Below, one piece after another: positions 1 to 10,900 of a stretch of 64,000 nucleotides of DNA. A model generated the notes under the pieces. The model saw only the letters and a list, made by a program, of their open reading frames with translations. It had not been told where the DNA came from and searched no databases. How positions within the stretch are numbered: the first letter of the stretch is position 1; every line of letters starts with the position of its first letter. This DNA is from Phallusia mammillata (lineage: Eukaryota): assembly GCA_965637545.1 (NCBI GenBank), contig OZ281500.1, positions 12,028,001 through 12,092,000 of the forward strand, read 5' to 3'. The position numbers and the translations under genes were made by a program.

Positions 1-47
1 AGGGTTCTTGTTTTCCTGTGCTTATACTTATTAGCCGCTGCTTTTAG

Positions 48-1529
48 CGATTGAAGACCCTGATCGTGTGGAATATTGCTACGTCAACGGAGAACTAAAA
101 GAACAAACACACACGGCATCTTTCAAATTTGTACCAAGACACGCGGACGAAATACTTTTGGAGGTAGAGCTTAATACTCGTTGCAAATATTAAAATTATT
201 GTTTTTCTATGACATATTAATGTGTGGTTTGTTTAGATCAACGATCCTCTTCATATTATTAACCAAGCAGACGATTTTTGGTACGAAGGAATTAATATGA
301 GGACTGGCCAGCAAGGGATATTTCCCGCGTATTATGCTCAGTCATTATTTGAAGACCTAGATGATGTGTCAGGTATGTTCTAAAAATATATCACAATCGC
401 TGCTGAAGCTTTACCCTTGCTTGCCATTTAAACATAATTTTGCCGTTGTCCATTTTTCGAATTTGTTGTCACGAAGATGCAGGAAGCTAATGATAACTTT
501 GTACCTGCAGTGTTTAGTCTTAAAGACGAAAACTGCGAACGATTTAATCTGTACTTTCTCGGGTCAGTCGAAGTGGCATACCATAAAGGAAATGATATAC
601 TTTGTGAGGCTATGCGAAAGGTATGTCGACCTCTTTGTTTGAGATGTGTAAGTAGAAACCTTACACACTTGTTTATGTCAAGGTGGCGCTAACGAGACGA
701 AATTCTCTGCACAAATCGCCACCAGCCTATGTTTGTTTGCTGGTGAACGCTCACGGTTTAAAAATGATGGATCAATCCCAAATGAAGCAAGTTTCACAAA
801 AGCCATTCAGTTCAAGTGCCCAGGTAGACTACTGTGAAAATTTTAATACTTTGAAATGCTAATTGTTTGTCCTAAATGAGAACAAATAGAAAAGATGTAA
901 GAGGTAAGGATCAAAACAAAGTCCACGTAATAAAGCACTTATTCGGAGGACTACGTCAATGTTTGGTCATCCGAGCACAACCCAATTGTGGGTCAATAAA
1001 TTATTCAACTGTCATCTTTGTGCTTTGGTAGGCTACTATAACGCTCCGTTCCTCCGTAGGACATAGCTTGGCGGTAATGCACACACAGCTGTGTGCTACT
1101 TGATCTTTAATCTACTTTTATTCACATAATATAATTAAGCTTACAATTTATCATCGCCATGTTATTTAATTTTTATGTGTCTAACACAAAAAAGTAATTT
1201 ACAGAGAATTGTTTAAACTAAAGATGACTCTTTTGAATAGTTTTGATTTATAAAATAAGAAATAACATGTGTTTTTTTTTCAGGTAAAGGAACGTACACA
1301 TTTCTTTCAATTGCGAAACGTTTCGTTTTGTGGTCAGCATCCAAGAAATGACAAATACTTTGCATTTATTACCCGTCACCCAGATTTCTTTTCTCGTTTC
1401 GCTTGTCACGTTTTCGTCTCGGAAACCTCGACACGCCCGCTGGCCGAAAGTGTCGGACGCGCATTTGCTTCGTTTTATCGTGAATATATAGAAAGTGCAC
1501 ACCCAGCTGAAGACATTTACATTGAATAG
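48..1529 (+). CDS. MAPK8IP1: JNK-interacting protein 1/2 (MAPK8IP1-like), 3' part: SH3 + PTB/PID domains
   Basis: Exons 48-163, 237-372, 511-620, 683-823, 1284-1529, all GT-AG and phase-consistent. Translation [26 protein letters not shown]...[20 protein letters not shown] (SH3) and [22 protein letters not shown]...FAFITRHP...RFACHVFVS (PID), ending EDIYIE*, which matches the JIP1 C-terminal kinesin-light-chain-binding DIYLE motif. The 5' part lies before the window. Confidence 0.95.
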
Positions 1530-2264
1530 TCGATTGCCTAATTGAACATTATCTTATTTGGTTACATATAATAATGTTTCTTCGCAATAAAAATGATTGG
1601 CATCTGGCATGAGTGTTGTGCATCGCTGTACAAAGGGGGTAGAGCCACTAACACTCACGACAGACCTACATTTAGGTATTTTTTGATAGGTGGCGGATAG
1701 AGCTGAATTATTTATTTAGCAGCTGAAGAGGGGGCTAGAATGTAAGTTTTTGAAAACATTACTACAGAAATTGCAAGTTTCATTGAATTTTGTATGCTAA
1801 TACCTTGCCCCGCCCTACTAGCCCTAACCGTATACATTTTCAGAGGTATCCTTTTAGTAGCTAAAATGCTCTTTACGACACCTTTTGCAAATTAGTTAAA
1901 TGTGAGTCTGCCATGGGGTACGGAGCATAGGCGTTTACAATGGCAGTAGTTGCTGAGTCAGCGCCAACTACCGGAAATTTCCAAACCGGCGTGTTGTGAG
2001 TTCCTGTGTTAGAAGCTCTACCGTGAGTTATGGCGTCAGTAAATTTTCCTTTAAAGGGAGACACAGCAGACACCTGAGCAATGTCTAGTTTCCTACAATT
2101 TAAAAACCAACTGATGCAGTCTGTCAAAAAAAATGTAATGACTGAATTACAAAACTGTTTGTGTCTTGTGGCAACTTTTAAGTTCAAAGTTAGGATAGGT
2201 ACTTTATGGGTAAGCTGCGGGAATAATAAATGTACTGCATGTGCCGCTTCATTGTACGTGACTT

Positions 2265-2276
2265 TTTCGCGCGAAA
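2265..2276. promoter_or_regulatory. Palindromic double E2F-type site TTTCGCGCGAAA upstream of ESCO2
   Basis: Perfect 12-bp palindrome containing the E2F consensus TTTSGCGC on both strands, about 1.7 kb upstream of the first recognisable ESCO2 exon. Function is inferred. Confidence 0.45.
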
Positions 2277-3032
2277 CATAAATGACTTTATTAATTTACC
2301 GGCAAAAATGCGTTTTTTTTTACTTTTGGCAGATGGCACTAAAGTTCTTCAATTTGGCTATTTGTAGCTCAGTGGCTCTTCAGAATTTGGTTTGACTTTT
2401 TTTGTTTTTTAAACTTCACGTAAGAAAGGACACAAAATTAAATAGAAAGTAGAAACCATTTTCTATTTGCAAAGGGATTTTTCGGGCTTCAACTCATGCC
2501 AAAGGTTTGTTAAGGAGGTAACTTGCAGTCACATGCAGTGTAACGATAAACTTTCTCCACTTATGCTAACTAAGCCAGCTAGTGTAGTGATGATATGCAA
2601 ATGCCTAACACTCTTCAATAGTTATAACTATAGTTGTTAGTAACTATAGTTGTTACTAACATTTGCAGCAAAAAATATTGCATTATAGGGTTCTTTTTTG
2701 TTTGATGGTGTTGCATGATTTAAAATACATGGCTTTTGAACAGTTATTTAACGTTTGATGTTGTTAAAGTATAAAAATTATCACCACAAGTAAACTTTGC
2801 ACGACTTTCCTGTCTAATAGGTGTGTGCACTGTGCATGTTAATCTGTGGTCAGACAAATCATAAAATATTGTGATAGACTTTATAAGTTTGATCTTCCCT
2901 CTTGCGAATTTATATATCATTATTGCTTTATATGTTAATGCTATTGTGTGCATGGATTATTCATTGATCAAACATCCAGTGGTGCTGTTTTGCACAAAAT
3001 AGACATAAAAATGGTCACAATTGGCTTTAAGC

Positions 3033-3608
3033 CAGTGGTTGTCAATTGTAGCATGTGGCACATTAGAAAACTAAATTTTTATTTTGTGGCACTCTTTACA
3101 AGCTGACCACACAAAAGTTGTCAAATGAAAGTTAATTTGCAACTTTGCTTTGGTGAGTCAGAATGCTTGGTAGGTGACAAGCATAAAAATTGAGCTTTAA
3201 ACATTGTTATGTCCCAGTCTGCAGAACATGGCAGTTCCCGACGAGATATCATGCGTGCAGGACTGACATGTCCCGCATGCGCACATGCAAGACCCGTAAG
3301 TTCATGTGCAAGATCTATTTCAGCAGGTGCAAACAAGTCATATAGGTCAAGACAGGACAATTGAATGCCTTTGGTGCAAAATTTCTGCATGCAACCACGA
3401 AAAATTGGCGTGCAAAATTTTTTTTTGTCAAACAAAGATCACACATGCAGCTGCCATGCTCTGCAGACTGGGTTATGTCTGTATTTTGTCATCAGGTATT
3501 AAAACGCTAGACAATTTTTGCACTTTAAAATCATAAATCATTTACGACACATTTGGAAATTGCTCGTGGTGCACAAGTGTGCTGCGGCACACAGTTTGAG
3601 AATCACTG
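3033..3608. mobile_element. Non-autonomous hAT-type MITE
   Basis: Ends CAGTGGTTGTCAA / TTGAGAATCACTG (imperfect TIR). 8-bp TSD ctttaagc (3025-3032) / ttttaagc (3609-3616), 7/8 identical. Confidence 0.75.
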
Positions 3609-3998
3609 TTTTAAGCTGTTTTATTTTATCCGTAAACCCATTAGTAAGCTTTAGTGTTGTGTTTGACTAAAATGTAAGATATAATGTGCCCTTATAACAA
3701 ACAGTAGTATACAGGTTTAATAGAGAGGAATACGTACAAACCGACCTACCTCTATTCTACACAGCGGAATTTGTTAGTTCTACATTTACAGCTTGAACAC
3801 TGGTATCACTGGCAATGTACCAAGGAAAGCAAACTATATTATTCTTTACCAAGTTTCAGCTATATTGCCTGATTGAAAAATAAAAACAAAGTTCTCAAAA
3901 CTGTTGAAATGATAAATTGCTATCAGTTTTATACATGTGTTTGTGAAATCTTTTTCATGGTTTGGTTGATTCTAATTTAAACTTTTTTGTCTATAAAG

Positions 3999-6900
3999 GT
4001 TACAAGTGTACGTAATCTGTTTGCACCAATAATGGTGAATTTACAAAACTCAAACATTGAACTTAACACTAGTTCCTTCTACGGGTGTTTATCAAAAAGT
4101 CAATTATCGAAGGGTAATGATGTCTATCTGACTCCATTGGAAAGAAAATCCATAAGGGAACAAAATTTTAAAAGTCAAAACACATCAAGGTAATTCTATT
4201 GTGTACTGATATGAAACATGTAATGTTGGTTACACGTAAAAAATTCCACTTGCAGATGCAATTAATAATTTTTTGTTGTTATTAACTGGAATTGATAAAA
4301 AAAGTTTATGGAAAATATCTTGTTGTGTGAGTAACTGTTCTGGTACCTTGGTTAACATGGCACCATTGGTATTTTGCTTTTAGGCATGATCCTATCATCA
4401 ATGTTGTGAGCAAAAAGAAGAGGCGAAATTCTAATAATCAAAAAGAAAATCATCCCCAGAAGATAAAATTAAAAACTGGAGCCTTAGTTTGGAAAGAAGA
4501 TGTAAGTTGTATCTGCCGGGGTCTACTTGCAATCGAACCACAGACTAACAGCAAAGGTTCTTTTTAGGTTGATTTTGAAGTAGATGAGAAATCAATTTCT
4601 TCCAAACCTCTTCAAAACAGAAGATCTTCACCAACCATAAACTGGAAGCCAAGTTCACTAAACAAGAAAAGCCTTAAATCACCTAGGCTAAAATATGCAA
4701 ACATGAAACTTAAAAATACTACTCCTCTTTCTGATAAAATAGTCAAAAAAGCTACTTCTCAACCAGTGATATCCAGCAAATCCAGTGCTTGCAAGGAAAT
4801 TCATGATCCTGATGAGCATTATCAGTTTTCCCTACAATCACCAAAGGTTCCTATGCAGGAACCACCACAAAACTTAAACGATACTGCATCCAGCCCTGTT
4901 AAGGAATTGAAATACAGTCAGGTTTGTATAAAAGAAACAACAACAGCATCACTTTATCAAGCGTATTAAAAGTCAATGATAAGTTTATGGTGTCAACCTT
5001 CCGTACATATTCAAGAACAAAGTTGATATTTATTTGTACCTGTTTTTGTATGATGTTTATCCTTAGTATTGTATATAACCTTGCCAAACCGTAAACAGAA
5101 TACTTTATGCATATCAACTAAATATTAAATTCCAGGAATCATTGAACAGTACTGATAGTGGGGTCAGATCAGAAGATCTTACTCCTAATAAGACACAAGT
5201 TCAACTAACACCCAAAAACAAAGGGCGGAGTGAGCGCAAACTTTTTCCAATTTTCGAGTCTGCGAAAAATTCATCACCCAGGCGCATATCAGCTCGACTT
5301 CAGGACAAGAATGCCACACTTAAAGGTGCCGTAGATATTCAATTGTTTTTGAAGTGTAATACATAAAGTAACAATAAGCTGTTGGTTTGCAGATGCAACA
5401 CTATCTTCACCCAACCCTAAAACAATTGCTCTTCCTGGTACGACGAAATCAAGAAAATGCGCATCACCAACCTCTCGAAGTCCAGCGTCCAAACAACTTA
5501 TTATTGATGCTGGTTAGTCATTACCATCAAAGCATGCTTTTTACCACCATTTATATTAACACTGATATACTCCTTGTTGGTGCAGGTCAAAAAGCCTTTG
5601 GAGCCAGTCAGTGCAATGTGTGTGGAATGGTTTACACTGTCAACCACCCAGAGGATCAGCAGATGCATAAACTCCACCATAATCGATTTGTCTCCTGCAT
5701 TAAGTATGACAAAATGTTTTATATCTGGTCTACACCAACTTTAACATATTTATGGAATACAACTAAATTTGCTTTTCTGTTTTTAGATTTCCTGGGTGGA
5801 AGAAAGAAAGAATAGTTTCGAATTTCATGGATGGTCGAATATTGAAAGTTTTGTCAAATGATCCAAAGTTTGCTGTAAAAAAGGTATTGAATTAAACCAT
5901 ATTTCATTGACATATAATCATTAAGTTAATACATCATAAGTAAGCTGCAGATAGTGCACACTGCTTCGGCCCATGTCTTTTCACCAGCTGCATTGATAAT
6001 GTCTTATATATGTCAAAACAGTGTGCAATTTAGATAAAATGAACAAATATGTATTAATGGAATCATCAATCAGCCCTAAAGTGTTTGTGGAGACCATGGT
6101 TGAATTTATTGATAAAACTCTTTTTATTATCATAGGTGGAAGAAATATGTTCCCTTATTGATTTGGAATTGGGTTTTAACAGTAATCGCGGAAGCATATC
6201 CAGCAGCTTCAGACCTCTGGTCACTTACCTCTATGTTTCTGATGACAACCAGGTATGTGATGTAATATAAGTAAGTTTGTATTCAAAGATAACTTTTTCA
6301 GCCACAACTTGTTCCAAATAGTTGTCTAAACATACAACATGAATGAGTTTTTTACTTCATATTGGCAAAATTAAATGAGGGTCTGTTTTATTTTGCAAAT
6401 TTTACCCCGCTCTCTTCAAAAACTGCTCGTTTGTATATATTGCAGATTGTTGGGTGTTTAATCTGTGAACCAATCACAGAAGCTTACAGGCTGTTGCCAA
6501 GTGATACTGAGCCTGCAGCACTACTATGTGAAGTCACACCACAACCTGCTACTTGTGGAGTATCCAGGATCTGGACGTGGTCCTGTTTTCGGCGACAGGG
6601 AATAGCCAGAAAGTTGTGTGACGCAGTAAGAAGGTCATTTGTCATTGGTTCACAACTGGAACTCAACCAGGTAAAATATTTGCTAAAATTGCCGTGGCAC
6701 TGATTAGCACTGGGTTCTTGCGTTTGCCCGAGAAAGAAGTACGACATCATTTATAACCAGAGAGTGATACCGGAACTGAACCCGAACCCGCGAACCGGTT
6801 TGAGCGGTTAATTTCATTAAACCCGAACCGAACCCGAATCGCTAATTACGGTTTTCTAAAAACCCGAATCGGAGTTGAACCCCATATTTTGTTTGGCGTT

Positions 6901-7968
6901 GGACCCGAACCGGAACCGAACCAGTAAAAAATGCAGTCTGTTTTATGTTTTGTGATTTTTTTTAAAACAGCGCAATAAAGAATACGCGAGATGACACTTA
7001 TAGGGCGTGTGCATACGATAACGGTAGTAAGAGAGACCGCTACACACGGGCAGATTTTTTGGGAGTTTGATAAGGCCAGGTAGATGATGGGTAGAATTAA
7101 ATTAAAACGAATAAAAATTTGAACCGGTTTAATAACCGCAAACCGGTTCGGACCGGATAATTTGCCCAAACCGGAACAAGCCCGAACCCGAAAATATAAA
7201 TTTTCAAAAACCGAACCGAACCTGAACCCATAAGACAAGCGGTTCGACTCCCTGTTTATAACAGTATGCTGTCCTAAAGTAAGACCATTAAATTTCAGAA
7301 ATCTCCACTAACATTTGCTGTTCTTGCATATACCTTGTTGTCAAACTAAAAAGTTTTAATAAAACATTGTTATACCCCGTTTTATCAATGTAATCAAAGC
7401 CTTGTATGAAGTATTATAAGTTTTTTATTCAATGTTTTTTCTCTTTTATGGCACCGTTCTTGTGCAAAGCAAAAAATCTATTAATTTGCTGATACACGGT
7501 CAAACGTCGGACATCACAAATCACGTAGTATGTCACTTTGCTTTAACATGTAGCTTAATTACGCTTTATGTTTTAAGGCAAACCTATCTTCACATCAATA
7601 TTTAGTTTTTATAAGACCTTTGATTGATACATTTCTGCAAAGGCCAAAAGATTTTCGCAAGTGTTCGGATTTCTAAAATACAATGGGGCAATCGTTGTGG
7701 ATACCAATACTGGGCCAATTGTGTAGTTACTGGGTACAAACTGAATTCAAAAGAATCAAACCCGCGAAGTATTTTTTTTAATAAACCGGAAAAAAACTTT
7801 TTGGTTGCATCCGAGTGATATCTTTTTGGTTAAACTCGTTAAAGGCCGCTTTTTAACTTCATTAGTTTATTGCAGATTGCGTTTTCTCATCCTTCTCCTG
7901 CTGGTCGCAGTTTTGCTGCCAAATACTGCGGAACTCAACAATTCCTTACCTACAACTTTTCGCACTAG
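3999..7968 (+). CDS. ESCO2: Cohesin N-acetyltransferase ESCO2/Eco1
   Basis: Exons 3999-4189, 4384-4501, 4568-4921, 5136-5325, 5393-5512, 5586-5703, 5787-5883, 6136-6252, 6446-6670, 7876-7968, summing to 1623 nt in frame. First in-frame ATG is at 4032, and upstream exons are possible. Motifs: YLTPLERK and LFPIF (ESCO2-type N-terminal boxes), PIP-like KQLIIDAGQK, C2H2 finger CNVCGMVY...HKLHH, GNAT core GVSRIW...RRQGIARKLCD, C-terminus IAFSHPSPAGRSFAAKYCGTQQFLTYNFSH*. Confidence 0.93.
6758..7254. mobile_element. hAT-type MITE with GAACC(C) subterminal repeats in the last ESCO2 intron
   Basis: Perfect 8-bp TSD tttataac (6750-6757, 7255-7262). Degenerate TIR CAGAGAGTGATACC / GGTTCGACTCCCTG. Many GAACCG/GAACCC repeats near both ends. 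Confidence 0.85.
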
Positions 7969-10900
7969 GGTAACTTTTAAACTATTTCTTCACGTAAAAG
8001 TCTTTGTCATGTTTTGAGTTTTTAATCTTGCCAGTGTTTCCATTTTACTGCCGAGTTGTTGTTTATTTCTTGTGTTTTATTGTCGTTGTTAATTGCGAGT
8101 AAACACTTTCGTTTTCGTTTACGAATTGGGTACAATTACTCGGCACTGGATAAACGATATCCCGTTTAAAAAGTATCGTTTTGTTAAGGCGCACTCAGTA
8201 TTGTAAAAACAACACACGGTGTCGACAAAGAGCAGTCTCGCGATTTCTCGTTCAGTGGCCTTCATTCTCTCGTCCATTTCCACGTGTTAGTTTGTTTCAT
8301 TTTTATCCAGCACAGTAGGCGGGCAACGAGTCCGCGGTCGAGCTGTCTGTTGTTTTGCAAGTCCATTGAATTTTTTACCCAATCTTCAGAAAGGTAATAA
8401 TTCAAACAGGTTCAACCTATGTGAAAGAAGTATTAGGGGTTGGTGACTTCAAATAGAGTTTTTCTTCACCGACATATTATCACATATTAACCAGAAGTTC
8501 CACATGACAAAAGTCTGGTAATAAGTTAGTGGCCGTTGTTGTCTTAACGTGGACATAAAACCCTGATCCTTCCTTGTCTAATGAAGGTTGTAGCAGTTGA
8601 TCTACAACATGATTGAAATAAACGAAATGAAACTTTTGCTACTAGAGGAAAGCTAGAATAAACGACTAAATAATTGTTTCAACTCGAAAACACTCTTCGG
8701 AAACTGTCATGTTTTTACCGAAATTTTAAAAGTTTTTCTAAAAAAATAACCCAAATAAATCTGGGTCAATTGGGGTTTAAAACAATAAACAAACTTTTAT
8801 GAAAATTTTGTAAAACAGAATGTGCACATTCATTCTAAAAAAATAACACAAATTACATACATAAGTCAAAATTGTATTGGCCAACCCGATGATGCCTGTT
8901 TTGTACGACGAAATTCTTTTATTTTCAAGAAATAATTAATGCTTTTTATTAAACAGGCTAAATATTCAACTGAATCGAAGCCAGAAACTTTCTTTTACAT
9001 TCTATTGTCTACGGGAGATTTCCTTGCATACGAAGCTAATTGACCTATGTGGAAAAATAATTAAGGCAGAGCAATGCATCGTTAAGGTTATTTTCCAGTT
9101 ATTTGCAGATTAAAAAAATGTTCGCCATCCCCAAAACTTTAGAACAAAAGGTCACCCCAATTTGTTTTGTACACTGCACTTCAAAAATAAAATGCAAACC
9201 TGTTTGTCCGAGCATTAAAAAAGCAGAAAAACAACTGTCACTATACTATATAAAATAATCACATCAAGGTATTTTTCCGCAAGTATGTAAGTGCGTGCAA
9301 TTTTAAGTGTTTAAGCAAAATGGCGAATCCTATGTGCGACTCACTCCATTAGGGACAACGAACGCGAGCTGAATGAGTTATCTTGCGGTGAGAAAGACGC
9401 CCTTAGCCATGTTGCAAGCAAAGATAAGAAGGCGCAGTGCTGAAGCGCAGTTGGCTCAAAGCTTGTGGCTCGCAAGGATGCGCAATACGCACGTCTGTCG
9501 CGTGCGCGTCGTTCCTGCGATAACATCAGCTTCGTTCACCGCGCCTTCTCAGCCAAATCCATGCTCAGCTCCATTCGCGTGTCACCTTCCACGTCGACGA
9601 GCGGCAATTTCGCACTTGGCAATTTATGTGGCTTAGCAGAGAAATGTATCTGTCGATTTGCGACGGGTGTAGTAAAACATTAGGGCACAGTGACGAGGTT
9701 GAGAGCAAAAAACATAAGTGTTGGGTTCTGGTGATTTCGGCGTGCGGTGGCCCGGGACGATTTTATCAATCCGGAATAACGTAAACTTTTAAACCCAAGG
9801 CTCGATCTTTTGGGAAGATTAAATGCCAGGCCCTTTTCACTCGCGATGGTCAAAACCATGGCGTACTGACTCGTGCTTGTCACGTAATCTTTCTTTTCAA
9901 ATCTTCCGTTCGTTTTGATGCAGTTTCTACAAATGTTTAATCATTACCACACAACATTGTTTTACATGAAACCAAGTTTCAACAACGGTAAGTAATGACA
10001 ATTTCACAAAAAACAGCTTTTTAACAACTGTTTGGGGGAATATCTAACACACTGTTCTGTTGATTTTTGTCGACAACAAAATGTTGTTGTTGCCTTCCGA
10101 CGGACATGCACCTTTAATACGACCAAAACTGCAGTTAAAGTTGTCATCGGACTTTACTTTAATAACACAGATCGCGTAGGTCTGGTATGGACACATTACC
10201 AGCTTGGAGTAAATAACTTTCATCTCGTGACATTTCGGCATAAAGAGCCAAACGACTTTCAAGGACAAAAAAGCTGAGTGGTTGAACAAATGTGCCAACA
10301 AGCGTTGCGAATTGGCTAGACTGGCATACATATGTGTATACACCAGTTATCAGATAAGCCACGTACCGGCAAGCCTCTAATAAATTGAATCGTGTTTGTG
10401 TGATTCAGCCGATAAAAAAGGTTATGCATGCATGGTAAAGTTGACCATGCTCAGCCCACGCGTTTTATGATTTGGCAACTGCGCAAAACAAGTGCTGATG
10501 AAATGACGCAGTTTGTATAAAAAGCCTTCTAACCGTGAAGAGCGGAAACAGGTTCCCCACAGCACACAATTTATTTTAAATTTGGGGTTACAATTACCAT
10601 GGTAACTGTAACATCGAACATTATGTGACAGACGATATGAAATCAGTGCGATGCGCAATACCCGAAAGCTTGGGCAACCACTTTGATGTCGGAAAATGAT
10701 GGTGAATAATGAGTAACTTGTAGAACGGCTTGGGCACAACGGACGTAGCCTGTTTGCAATGATAACAAGGCGAAGTGAAAATAGGGACAAACATCTATGT
10801 AAATTAAAAACATACCCATCGACCTAATATAAGCGATATTAATTTGTACTGACTCAAAAGATACTATAACTGACACTTTCCAGAAATTAAAAAAAGTTTA

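Noticed and set aside
3750-3870. AG/GT-bounded minus-strand segment upstream of ESCO2
   Set aside because: It has stops in all three frames and there is no other support for a non-coding exon.
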